A stretch of DNA of 64,000 bases. It comes from Acidobacteriota bacterium. GTDB taxonomy: Bacteria > Acidobacteriota > UBA890 > WLXD01. Positions 52,096 to 60,681 of the stretch are shown in pieces. The stretch lies in contig CBDFKD010000002.1 in assembly GCA_965248695.1 (NCBI GenBank), positions 2,688,001 to 2,752,000 of the forward strand, given 5' to 3'. A program made the position numbers and the translations under genes. How positions within the stretch are numbered: the stretch's first letter is position 1; every line of letters starts with the position of its first letter. The notes beneath the pieces were generated by a model. That model was not told where the DNA came from. It saw nothing but the letters and a program-made list of their open reading frames with translations, and made no database searches.

Positions 52096-52700
52096 ACTAC
52101 GAGGATCAGGCCGTTGTCCTCGCGTGCGACGGGACCAACTGGGAGACGCTAGCGCGGACCAGCACGCCGGTCTCCGCAATGGCCTTGATCGCCGCGGCGA
52201 CGCCAGCCAGCGGAACGATCTCGATGAGCTCCCTCACCACCACCGACTACGACGCGCTGTGGCTGGTGGTTACGGGTCTGGAGTCCGATACCGATCAGGA
52301 TGAAGTAGAGATGCAGCTCAATGCCACCACCGCGGGCTACCACTATGCGGACGAGATCGTCAGCGAGACGACCATCGAGCAATCCTTCGGCGCCGGCAAC
52401 GCCGGCTCGATCAAGCTGCTGTCCAATAGCGTCGGGGCCCGGAGGCTGGGCAATGCCGCCGATGAGGGGGCGTTCTTTTCGGTCTGGATCGACAACGACC
52501 ACCACGCCAACGAGTTTCTGGTGTTTTACCAAGGCTCCTATGTGGACGCTGACGGCAGGCTCTGGTCCTCGCTCGGCGGCAGCGGCTGGGTGGATCTGGG
52601 CACCGCCACCTCGATCACGCAGATTGACATCAAGGCCACCACGGGCAACCTGGATGCAGGCACAGCACGTTTGTACGGGCTCCGAAAGGCGGCGGCATGA
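52089..52700 (+). CDS. Tail-fibre-like C-terminal domain, likely 5'-truncated
   Basis: LACDGTNW; Thr/Ser/Gly-rich; ends ITQIDIKATTGNLDAGTARLYGLR. Confidence 0.6.
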   Translation: MVNYEDQAVVLACDGTNWETLARTSTPVSAMALIAAATPASGTISMSSLTTTDYDALWLVVTGLESDTDQDEVEMQLNATTAGYHYADEIVSETTIEQSFGAGNAGSIKLLSNSVGARRLGNAADEGAFFSVWIDNDHHANEFLVFYQGSYVDADGRLWSSLGGSGWVDLGTATSITQIDIKATTGNLDAGTARLYGLRKAAA

Positions 52701-53125
52701 ACTACAAGCTCCTGGTGCGGGATGAGGACGGAGAGATCCTGGCCTCAAGGCGCGCACCGAAACAGCCGGATGGCTCCTATGAAGGGCAGCCCCTGGACTA
52801 CGTCGCGCCCAACGATCCGAAGGCCGTGCGCTACGGCATCGACGAGGTTGTGGCCACGGACGTGTGGACGGGCTCCGGCGCCCTGCGCTCCGGCTACTCG
52901 GTGGTTGTGATCGACTCCGCAGTGCACCCGAAGATGACAGCGCACAAGGTGCTGGAGGGGCAGCTGGTGGACAAGAGTGCCTCGGAGCGGGAGGCTTCGG
53001 AGCGGGCCTCCAAGCCGGCCGAGGAGCGCCGGCGCGAGGATGCGCTCGCGTGGCTGGCAGAAAACCCCGATGCGTTGGTGCCCGCCTCACGAGTGTTGCA
53101 GTTGATGGGGCAGGCGGATGCATGA
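52697..53125 (+). CDS. Phage hypothetical protein
   Basis: ATGA-coupled 142-aa ORF. Confidence 0.65.
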   Translation: MNYKLLVRDEDGEILASRRAPKQPDGSYEGQPLDYVAPNDPKAVRYGIDEVVATDVWTGSGALRSGYSVVVIDSAVHPKMTAHKVLEGQLVDKSASEREASERASKPAEERRREDALAWLAENPDALVPASRVLQLMGQADA

Positions 53126-53234
53126 GGGGGTCGCGCAGCTGGACTACGAGGCTCTGGAGCGGCGTGGGCGATCTGCTCGGGCTAGGGCCAATGGACCTAT
53201 ACGTCAAGAGCGTGGAGCCGAGGAGAGGGGCCGA

Positions 53235-53423
53235 ATGACGGTGCAAGCCGAGGAAGCTGAGCGGCAGCCTGTTACGGACTACAGCCCCCGTTGCTGGAAG
53301 TGCGACCGAACATTGGCCGGACACGTCACCCGTCCCTGGTCGCTGCGTTGCCGCAAATGCGGCACGCTGAACCATCGTCGAGTTGCTATCCAACAACACG
53401 TCGAGCAACATAAGCACCTGTAG
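53235..53423 (+). CDS. Com-family zinc-finger protein
   Basis: PRCWKCDRTLA...LRCRKCGTLN; ATG 53235 after GGAGAGGGG. Confidence 0.75.
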   Translation: MTVQAEEAERQPVTDYSPRCWKCDRTLAGHVTRPWSLRCRKCGTLNHRRVAIQQHVEQHKHL

Positions 53424-53467
53424 CGGACCCAGCGTCCCGAACCGCACATCCAAGCGGACCGAGCGTC

Positions 53468-53504
53468 CCGTGCGCAAGCACCTTTCGCACGGGGCTTTCT
53501 TTTT
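53468..53504 (+). terminator. Hairpin with T tract between com and the next gene
   Basis: CCGTGCG(C)AAG-CAC-CTT(T)CGCACGG followed by GGCTTTCTTTTT. Confidence 0.6.
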
Positions 53505-54540
53505 GGGTGACCTGAACCGCCGGCATTTTCTACAGACAAGTGCCTGCGGCTGCGCACTGCTGAGCGTGGGCGAGCTATCGCCACTGCTGGCCCCACGCAT
53601 GCGCGTGGGTCCCTTCGTACAGGAACTGCTCACGTACCGGCGCGCCACCCAGCTGCGACTCGTGCGTCAGGCCCAAGAGCTCGGTCTGGATGCCCTCGGC
53701 TTTTGCCTGTGGCCCATCGTGCCGGGGGGCGTGGAGATAATCCGCTACCCGGTGCCGTATGCCGGCTACGACCTGTCCCGGCCCACGGTGCCGTACCAGC
53801 GACGCCTGCACGAGACCGTGAGTGCCTCGGTGGCGGCCGGCATCCGGCCCTACGTCTACGGGCCGATGTTCCCGGACCTACGCCGTTACCACCCGATGTT
53901 CGAGCGCATGAGGTTCGGTGGCCGCGGCATCCGTGCGGCGGACTGGGCCACTTGGAGCCCGCTGGCGCACGATGCCTGGAGCCATTTCCTGTTGCGCATC
54001 CACGCCGAGTACGGCGACGCACTCCGCTACGTGGATGGGGTGGAGCCATTCACGCGCTACCTGCCGCCGCCGCCGAACCACTTCACGGCTCAGATGAGGC
54101 AGGCGCTCCCGGGCATCCTGTCGGCGGGCATCCACGAGCGTCACTTTAACCCCGGCGACTCCGACATCCCGCATGCCCGCGTCGTGGCTTCCGACGGCTG
54201 GGGCCGCAGCACGCGGCGCTGGCACTGGGGCCGCCCGACAACAGGGACGGGGCCTGTTCACCGCCCCTTGGCGGGCCTACCGGGCGATCGTGCTTCCCCA
54301 TCCGATCAACGCGGCGCCGAGGCCCAGGTGGCCCAGTACTTCGTCACCACGGCTCGGGTGGCCTGGTCACAGGGGGCCCGGATGTTCCTGGTGCTGCACA
54401 CGGCGGGCTGGTCGGTGGCCAACGGAAAGGAAGCGAAGGCGCAGGCGGCCAACCCGGACAACTACCAGGGACACCCCGCGGTGGTGAGCCTGCACGCGCC
54501 ACCGTTCGGGCGCATCTACCAGGAGCTCGCGGCGGCATGA
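53503..54540 (+). CDS. Hypothetical protein with a Tat-like N-terminus, possibly a TIM-barrel hydrolase
   Basis: LNRRHFLQTSACGCALL; ~345 aa; start uncertain. Confidence 0.6.
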   Translation: MGDLNRRHFLQTSACGCALLSVGELSPLLAPRMRVGPFVQELLTYRRATQLRLVRQAQELGLDALGFCLWPIVPGGVEIIRYPVPYAGYDLSRPTVPYQRRLHETVSASVAAGIRPYVYGPMFPDLRRYHPMFERMRFGGRGIRAADWATWSPLAHDAWSHFLLRIHAEYGDALRYVDGVEPFTRYLPPPPNHFTAQMRQALPGILSAGIHERHFNPGDSDIPHARVVASDGWGRSTRRWHWGRPTTGTGPVHRPLAGLPGDRASPSDQRGAEAQVAQYFVTTARVAWSQGARMFLVLHTAGWSVANGKEAKAQAANPDNYQGHPAVVSLHAPPFGRIYQELAAA

Positions 54541-54857
54541 GCGAGCAGCGGCAAGGTCGAGTCGAGGAATGCCTGCTCCAGGTGAGCAAGGAGCTTGCGG
54601 GCCTCAAAGGCAGCACCAAGGCAGCTATCGGGAAGCTCAGTGGTGAGGTAGAAACGCTCAACGAGCGGCTATTTCTGGGCAACGGCGGCAAGAGCATGAT
54701 GGCTCGCATGGAGCGGCTTGAGCAGTCCCAGATGACCAGAGAGCAGATCGAGCAGGTGGAGGCGGATCGTCGCTGGCACGTGAGGCACCTGTGGGCGGCG
54801 ATCGGAGCCGTGGTGGCCACGATCGTAGCCGGTTGGATCTTCGGAGGAGGGAGCTGA
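54537..54857 (+). CDS. Coiled-coil protein with C-terminal TM segment (holin-like)
   Basis: RLFLGNGGKSMMARMERLE and C-terminal hydrophobic helix, upstream of the lysin. Confidence 0.6.
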   Translation: MSEQRQGRVEECLLQVSKELAGLKGSTKAAIGKLSGEVETLNERLFLGNGGKSMMARMERLEQSQMTREQIEQVEADRRWHVRHLWAAIGAVVATIVAGWIFGGGS

Positions 54858-55063
54858 TGATGACTGAAGTTTCGTTGTCCCAACGTGTAATGAAGCATCT
54901 GGGCCCGTGGCAGCGCGCGCAGTCGCTCGCAGTGCGGATCGCCAAGGCGGTGGTGCTGGTGTGCCTAGCGTTTGGCGTGGTGTTCGCCGGCTTCTTCGGC
55001 AAGGTGCTGATCGTCGTCGTGCTGCTCGGCTGGGCGGCGCTGGCGGTGCTGGTGGGGCTATGA
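54857..55063 (+). CDS. Small two-TM phage membrane protein
   Basis: GGAGG RBS, TGATG coupling, two hydrophobic segments. Confidence 0.55.
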   Translation: MMTEVSLSQRVMKHLGPWQRAQSLAVRIAKAVVLVCLAFGVVFAGFFGKVLIVVVLLGWAALAVLVGL

Positions 55064-55094
55064 GACTCGCCGGCCTGCTCGCCTGGGGGCTGCC

Positions 55095-55526
55095 ATGAGA
55101 GCGGCGCTCACGCTTCTGAGCCTGGCCATCTTCGGGGTGGCACTGGTATCGGCCGCCGGGGCGATGCTGACGCAGGAGTCCGCCCTGGGGCCCGTGCCCA
55201 GCGACTACGGCATCGTGCTGCACTCCCTGGGCGGCAAGTTCGTCGTCATCGCGGCAGCCGTGGTGTTCCTCATGATGCTCGACGCGATCTTTATGCCGTA
55301 CCTGAGAATCGAGGATGCGTTCTATTGCCGTGAGCCGTGGTCGAGCATGCCGCCCGAGGTACGAGGGGCGTTCATCTGGGGCTGGTTCACCGTCTTTGCC
55401 GCGATCATCCTCGGGTTCGCCTGGGGTGGGTCGTGGTGGACGCTGGGTCTGGAGTCGCAGAAATCGGGGAATATCATTACTTGCCCTCTCGCAGCCGGCG
55501 GCCCTACTGGCCATCTTCGCTGTTGA
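55095..55526 (+). CDS. Three-TM membrane protein, holin candidate
   Basis: Three hydrophobic segments directly before the transglycosylase. Confidence 0.55.
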   Translation: MRAALTLLSLAIFGVALVSAAGAMLTQESALGPVPSDYGIVLHSLGGKFVVIAAAVVFLMMLDAIFMPYLRIEDAFYCREPWSSMPPEVRGAFIWGWFTVFAAIILGFAWGGSWWTLGLESQKSGNIITCPLAAGGPTGHLRC

Positions 55527-55986
55527 GGTACAGCTGGCCGACGTGCGGGAGTGGTCCGATCGGCTTGCTGCACAGATCCAAGTGGAGTCGGCCTGGCGAC
55601 CCGAGGCGCGCTCGAAGTATGCGGCAGGGCTAGCCCAGTTCACCCCGGCGACGTGGAGCGACATCGCCCCGTACACCGAGCCGTCATGTGCCGGCGCCCC
55701 CGAGACCGACCCGGCCTGCTCCGTACGGTCCCAGATCGTGTACATGCGCCGGCTGCTATCCCGCTACCGATTCTCCGCCACCGAGGCGGAGCAGTGGGCC
55801 TTCGCCTGGGCTGCCTACAACGGCGGGCCGGGGTGGATCAGTCGCGAGAAGACACGCTGCAAGAGACAGCCCGGTTGCTCGCCCGGCCGCTGGTTCGGCC
55901 ATGTGGAGCGGCACTGCCTTCGGGCCAACTGGGCGTGCCGGGAAAACCGCGCTTACCCGCGCAAGATCCTCGCACGGCTGCCGTGA
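55426..55986 (+). CDS. Lytic transglycosylase (SLT) endolysin
   Basis: AAQIQVESAW, AAGLAQFTPAT, AAYNGGPGWI, ENRAYPRKI; start uncertain. Confidence 0.88.
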   Translation: MGRGGRWVWSRRNRGISLLALSQPAALLAIFAVEVQLADVREWSDRLAAQIQVESAWRPEARSKYAAGLAQFTPATWSDIAPYTEPSCAGAPETDPACSVRSQIVYMRRLLSRYRFSATEAEQWAFAWAAYNGGPGWISREKTRCKRQPGCSPGRWFGHVERHCLRANWACRENRAYPRKILARLP

Positions 55987-56060
55987 GGGTTAGGCTTCGA
56001 GCGGCGCCGACCGGATAAGTTCTTGTCCCTCAATCACTTACGTGCCCCTTCGAAGCAAGC

Positions 56061-56753
56061 ATGAGACTCCGCACCGCCATCCCGATCATCGCGCTGGCAG
56101 CCCTTGCGGGCTTCGGCGTCGGATGGTGGCACTTCGCACCCTCGCTGCTGTCGCCTGAGGGGCTGCTGGGGCTGGCCTCGGGCCTACTGGAGCAGCAGCG
56201 CCGCGAGTCGCTGGCCGAGTACGAGGCAATGCAGGCGGAGCACGAGGAGCAGATCGCCGCCTATGAGGCCCACCTTTCCGCCACTGAAGAAGCGCTCGGC
56301 CAACTCAGTCTCCGGCTCGCCGAGCGCAATGCAGAGGCGGTCGAGGCGGAGCAGGCCCTCGGGCGCACTCTCCAGCTGGCGGCACAGCGCGAGGCGCAGC
56401 TACGCGACGAGATCTTGGAGGCCGCTCCCGAGGTCGAGGCACCTTTAGAGGAGCTACAGGTACAGCACCGCGGCGTGGTGAAGGGGTTCGAGCTACGGGT
56501 CAAGGCGCTGCAGCAGAGCGTTGAGACCCGCGACCAGCTGATCGTGAACCTGGGGGAACAGCTCGACGCCACTCGCCAGCTATACGAGACAACGCAAGCG
56601 CGGCTCGACCTGGCGGAGGCGCGGCGTAAGAGCCTCGAAGGCCGGCGCGTGCGGATCGCTTGGCCTGCCGTGCTGATCGGCGGGATACGCGACTTGAGCG
56701 GCACAGATGGTTGGAGGGCTGGTGTCGCCGTCGGGATCGCGATTACCTGGTAG
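56061..56753 (+). CDS. Membrane-anchored coiled-coil protein (spanin-like position)
   Basis: N-terminal TM, long heptad region, short C-terminal beta segment; follows the lysin. Confidence 0.55.
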   Translation: MRLRTAIPIIALAALAGFGVGWWHFAPSLLSPEGLLGLASGLLEQQRRESLAEYEAMQAEHEEQIAAYEAHLSATEEALGQLSLRLAERNAEAVEAEQALGRTLQLAAQREAQLRDEILEAAPEVEAPLEELQVQHRGVVKGFELRVKALQQSVETRDQLIVNLGEQLDATRQLYETTQARLDLAEARRKSLEGRRVRIAWPAVLIGGIRDLSGTDGWRAGVAVGIAITW

Positions 56754-56777
56754 GCGGCGTACTGGCCTAGCAGGTTT

Positions 56778-56969
56778 TCACCGCACAATGTCCTTATCGG
56801 GATCGAGCTCGCGCTCGGCACGCTCGATCAGCCTGCGTACATCGACGCGCTCTTCCTCCATGATCGCACCTGCTTCGAGAAGCCGCTTCAGGCGGCGTGC
56901 GATCGCCGCAAGAGCTTCGGCTTTGCCGTCCTTGTGATACCTGGTCGAAGGCGTCGTCTCACCCGGCAT
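56778..56969 (-). CDS. Small hypothetical protein
   Basis: MPGETTPSTRYHKDGKAEALAAIARRLKRLLEAG..., overlapping the upstream stop. Confidence 0.45.
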   Translation of the reverse strand: MPGETTPSTRYHKDGKAEALAAIARRLKRLLEAGAIMEEERVDVRRLIERAERELDPDKDIVR

Positions 56970-57270
56970 CGGATATTTCGTCGTCGTGGTTGGTGTCTGC
57001 ATTTCTTCCTCCGTCTCGCGCTCCGGCCACAGCGTCGACCTTGTCCATGATGCGGCGCAGCACGGCTGCACGGATAGGCTCCGGCGTGCGGAGTCCGGTC
57101 CGATACCGCGACAACGTCATCACGGCAACGTTGCCGTCCAGCCCCATGCGCTCGAGCTCGCGGTTCATCAGGAACTGAAGATCCTTGAGCATCATCGGCC
57201 GCCAGGGTTTGCTCGGCGATCGATGACGCTGCATCCACGCCTTGAGCTCGTCGGGACTCGGAGGCTTCAT
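56959..57270 (-). CDS. Small HTH-like DNA-binding protein
   Basis: SPDELKAWMQR...VMTLSRYRTGLRTP. Confidence 0.6.
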   Translation of the reverse strand: MKPPSPDELKAWMQRHRSPSKPWRPMMLKDLQFLMNRELERMGLDGNVAVMTLSRYRTGLRTPEPIRAAVLRRIMDKVDAVAGARDGGRNADTNHDDEISDAG

Positions 57271-57366
57271 GGCCAACAGTCTAGGTCTCCCGCCAGGGCC
57301 ATCGCCGCTCTCTGCGTCTCCAGTATACCGGCACCTATCGCTGTATCCGATGCAGGTCACGGAACC

Positions 57367-57813
57367 TCACATAAGCCCCCGGTCCCGCAGCGACACCCAC
57401 TGCCCGCCATCGGGGCCGGTGCCGATGATGATGTGGTCCAGGACACGGATATCGATGAGCTCGCCCGCCTCCATCAGCCGGCGAGTGGTCGACACATCCG
57501 CCTGGGACGGCGTGATGTCGCCGGACGGATGGTTGTGAGCGAGGATGATCGCTGCAGCGCCCGCGTACAGGGCGGCGGTCAGGATCTCCCGAGGGGCCGC
57601 TGCCGCCTGGTCGAACCCGCCCTCCGAGACGACCTCGTAGCCGATCGGCTGGAGCTTCGTGTTCAGCCAGAGCGCCACCAAGCGTTCCTTCGCGGTCTGC
57701 TGCGGAATGGCTTCGACGGCGAACGCGGCCGCGATTGCAGGATCGGTCATCGGCCCTGACATCGGCGCGACCGCATCGCTGGCGAACACTAGCTGAAACC
57801 TCTTGATCTCCAT
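57367..57813 (-). CDS. RadC-like JAB domain protein
   Basis: KERLVALWLN, PREI, IILAHNHPSGDITPSQAD, VLDHIIIG. Confidence 0.92.
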   Translation of the reverse strand: MEIKRFQLVFASDAVAPMSGPMTDPAIAAAFAVEAIPQQTAKERLVALWLNTKLQPIGYEVVSEGGFDQAAAAPREILTAALYAGAAAIILAHNHPSGDITPSQADVSTTRRLMEAGELIDIRVLDHIIIGTGPDGGQWVSLRDRGLM

Positions 57814-57948
57814 CGACTGTCTCCAACTTTCCGTGTCTTCTATAATGTATTCACTATACCGACGTATAATAAATAGTCAAGCTAGAAATGGTGGATTCTC
57901 AAGAAAACAGGCGCGCATACCGCTGCCCTTACGAGCGGCGGGGTCAGG

Positions 57949-58179
57949 TCAGGACAGGCCGGACTCGAGCAACGCGCCGGCTCCTGCCGCCGTTGTGATG
58001 CCGTTCGGGGCGCAGCCTGGTGCCAATCCGGCAGGCCTACCCAGCAGAGCTTTGAGTTCCACCAACGACACGTCTGACGTGTCTGCAGTTTCTGTGGGCT
58101 TCCCCTTGGGCGTTGACGCCACGGCAGGGATCGCCGCCACCGCCATCACCACGGTGAGCGCGAGAATCCGTCTTAGCAT
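57949..58179 (-). CDS. Small secreted hypothetical protein (array cargo)
   Basis: GGAGG RBS; signal peptide MLRRILALTVVMAVAAIPAVA. Confidence 0.55.
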   Translation of the reverse strand: MLRRILALTVVMAVAAIPAVASTPKGKPTETADTSDVSLVELKALLGRPAGLAPGCAPNGITTAAGAGALLESGLS

Positions 58180-58198
58180 GAAATTCCTCCCGGTTCAT

Positions 58199-58400
58199 CG
58201 GTCCAGGTGGGGTTGTGGGCACGTACGCTCTTCATCGTCTGAACGTTCATGGGCTGTTCCCTCCTCACGGCAGCGACCTTGCCATCCACCTCACCTCGCC
58301 CACGAGCACCGCATCGTCAGGCCAGGGCTCAGCGGTCCAGGTGGGGTTATCGCTGACCAGCAGCCAGTCACGCCTGCCTTTGGCGGCGCGCTTCGCGTTC
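58199..58400 (-). repeat. Orphan S24 repressor 3' end plus the start of the zinc-ribbon gene and an extra ~17-bp DNPTWT-coding copy
   Basis: Encodes KRAAKGRRDWLLVSDNPTWTAEPWPDDAVLVGEVRWMARSLP*; 58215-58320 nearly identical to 60556-60662. Confidence 0.9.
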
Positions 58401-58670
58401 ATGCTGCCGCTGCCGTGAGACCAGAACGTATCCAAGCGCGGTGTTGAAAGCTACGAGGAACCCGACGCCGGCACTAAACAAATTGCCGTTGGGTGCGAGC
58501 AGTTGTGCAATGGCTATCGTGGTGCAGGCAAGAAACAAGGACCCATGAAGTACGCGGAGCCAGTATGGATTCCGCGCGAGCCACTGGAACGAGCTGGTCG
58601 CCAGGTACAAAGCTGCGGGCAAAAGCACCGCGAAGCTCATCAATATTGCGACTGCGAACCAGTCGTTCAT
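58368..58670 (-). CDS. Three-TM membrane protein (array cargo)
   Basis: 100-aa hydrophobic ORF whose end runs into the S24 fragment. Confidence 0.6.
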   Translation of the reverse strand: MNDWFAVAILMSFAVLLPAALYLATSSFQWLARNPYWLRVLHGSLFLACTTIAIAQLLAPNGNLFSAGVGFLVAFNTALGYVLVSRQRQHEREARRQRQA

Positions 58671-58738
58671 TCGGTATCGGCTGGCAAAGTTAGTCGCTGC
58701 GCCCTGGCCGCAGGTGCGCAGTTCGTTTCTCTCCCTAG

Positions 58739-59233
58739 CTATTCCCGATCATCGCCTACCGTAGCTTGGGGGGAGGAAGGTGCATCCACAGCCGCTTCAG
58801 TGGCTGGCGGTTCCTTGAGCGGCGTTTCGACTGAGATCGGCTTTGTCTGCGGTGCACCACCCTCATTCCGGCGCATCAGCACCAGCAGGACAACACCGAT
58901 CAAGATCAGCGCGGGTACATCGCCGATAAGGTTGGCCGACTCCGCAGGGTCGTTGAGTGCCTGCCAGGCCATCAGTAGTCCATGTGCCAAGCTTGACCAC
59001 GCGGCAAAAGCGATCAGGCTGGTGTGCTCGGTCGGGTTTCGCGACGCCCTAAGCAAGAATACGCCCAGCACCGCGAATGTAAGGAGGATCATCTGTTCGT
59101 ACTCGGCCTGGCGAGGCTCCCACATGAACCCTGCCGGCCAAACGACCGTGAGCGGATACAGCCCGACGATAAAGATAACTCCGACGACCGTGAGTACTAT
59201 GCTCAATGTTGATCGCTGACTGCCGATAGCCAT
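58739..59233 (-). CDS. Four-TM membrane protein, DUF6632-like (array cargo)
   Basis: WPAGFMW...YEQMI...LGVFLL.ASRNP.EH.SLI.F..WSS..HG..MA...GDVPAL. Confidence 0.7.
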   Translation of the reverse strand: MAIGSQRSTLSIVLTVVGVIFIVGLYPLTVVWPAGFMWEPRQAEYEQMILLTFAVLGVFLLRASRNPTEHTSLIAFAAWSSLAHGLLMAWQALNDPAESANLIGDVPALILIGVVLLVLMRRNEGGAPQTKPISVETPLKEPPATEAAVDAPSSPQATVGDDRE

Positions 59234-59409
59234 CTCTCTGCCTCCATTGCTGCTAGCTACTAGCCGATACAGAACAGGATCCGATAGTTGCCAACTCGTA
59301 GTTGCCGATACGTACTGCTGGTCAACTGGTGTTGTTGTCGAGTCTGTAGCCTCCCTATTCGTTCACCGATCCTCGGGGTGAGGTCAGCCAGTAGAGTGTA
59401 GAGTCTCCT

Positions 59410-60159
59410 CTAGCCGCCCGATCTCCCTTCAGGACCTCGACGCGGTCGCTCTCGACGCAGCAGCTTGAGCAGGTACCGATCGGGTTCTTCGACCTCGTTC
59501 AGGTGCCGGCGCGCTTTCCTTGCGAAGCGTTCAGCATCCTCATTGGTCCACTGTCGATTTGCCCCGCGCCCGTGTCGATTCGCCTCTCCGCGCCAGATGG
59601 TCAGCGCCGCGTAGCCCCAGAGACCAGCGATTGCAGAGCGAACCTCATCCACGAAAATGACGTCTGGATTCTGCTCCAAGAATCTCTCAAACCGACAAGC
59701 TTCGTCGATGAGCACTCGCACGGGCTTTCCGTCGCTTTCGATGTACTCCCCCTCCCAGACCAGCCTCTTCCACCTAAACCACGGAACGTGCTTGCCGTCA
59801 GGGAACTCCTCCAGGTACCCATCAATGAGTCGAAGATGGGGCGTGCGGTCCTTCCAGCCATGAACGAGCCCCTGGACATCTAGCGCCTTCTTGTAGGCGT
59901 CTTCCCGGTCCGAGATGGCCTCCACGGTCGCTATGGCCTCGGAATTCTCCGCTGCCATTAGCTGCACCGTTTCTGCTGACATCGGCCACGGGTTGGCCAG
60001 AAGGTCAGCCGTCAGGCGCTTCATTTCCTCCACGCTCCTCGCAAGAGCATCCTCACCGGCGGGTGGTGCCTGGGCGGGCGCGAGCATGGCTGCGAGGACC
60101 AGGCAGATCGACACTGCCCGAACGGGCGTGGTGGACAACAGCTCTCGTAGGTTTGCCAT
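59410..60159 (-). CDS. Secreted helical hypothetical protein (array cargo)
   Basis: GAGGA RBS; signal-peptide-like N-terminus; YLEEFPDGKH and FLEQNPD helical repeats. Confidence 0.65.
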   Translation of the reverse strand: MANLRELLSTTPVRAVSICLVLAAMLAPAQAPPAGEDALARSVEEMKRLTADLLANPWPMSAETVQLMAAENSEAIATVEAISDREDAYKKALDVQGLVHGWKDRTPHLRLIDGYLEEFPDGKHVPWFRWKRLVWEGEYIESDGKPVRVLIDEACRFERFLEQNPDVIFVDEVRSAIAGLWGYAALTIWRGEANRHGRGANRQWTNEDAERFARKARRHLNEVEEPDRYLLKLLRRERPRRGPEGRSGG

Positions 60160-60190
60160 TACATCCTCGCTGCTAGATAGCGGGCCCTTT

Positions 60191-60350
60191 CTCACGGCAG
60201 CGTCCTCGCCATCCACCTCACCTCGCCCACTAGCACCGCATCGTCAGGCCAGGGCTGCTCGTTGGTCCAGGTGGGGTTGTCGCTGACCAGCAGCCAGGTG
60301 TGGTTGGGGCCCTTGGCGGCGCGCTTCACGACCAAGCTCTCGTCTTTGAG
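60191..60350 (-). repeat. Orphan S24 repressor 3' end
   Basis: Encodes LVVKRAAKGPNHTWLLVSDNPTWTNEQPWPDDAVLVGEVRWMARTLP*; homologous to 58264-58394. Confidence 0.9.
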
Positions 60351-60592
60351 CTTACGCGGGGCCATCTCTTTGCGATCCGGTGTCGGGCCTTCTGACCGCC
60401 GACATAACTCTCGACGTAGCCGCAAGCGACGCAGACGTAGTTGTCCAGCGCAACGCTCCCAAAGTACAGCCCACCGATTGGGATGGTGTTCGAGCCCATA
60501 GTCCCGGTCTTGCTAAAGACGTTCGCGCCACTGTGCACCTCTTCGGAACCGCAACGTGGGCACGTACCGCTCTTCATCGTCTGAACGTTCAT
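60326..60592 (-). CDS. Small zinc-ribbon protein (array cargo)
   Basis: GGAGGG RBS; CPRCGS...YVCVACGYVESY. Confidence 0.75.
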   Translation of the reverse strand: MNVQTMKSGTCPRCGSEEVHSGANVFSKTGTMGSNTIPIGGLYFGSVALDNYVCVACGYVESYVGGQKARHRIAKRWPRVSSKTRAWS

Positions 60593-60606
60593 GGGCTGTT
60601 CCCTCC

Positions 60607-60663
60607 TCACGGCAGCGACCTTGCCATCCACCTCACCTCGCCCACGAGCACGGCGTCGTCGGG
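60607..60663 (-). repeat. Short orphan S24 repressor 3' end
   Basis: Encodes PDDAVLVGEVRWMARSLP*, about 19 bp downstream of the cI stop. Confidence 0.88.
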
Positions 60664-60681
60664 CGAAGGGATTGGGTGGGC

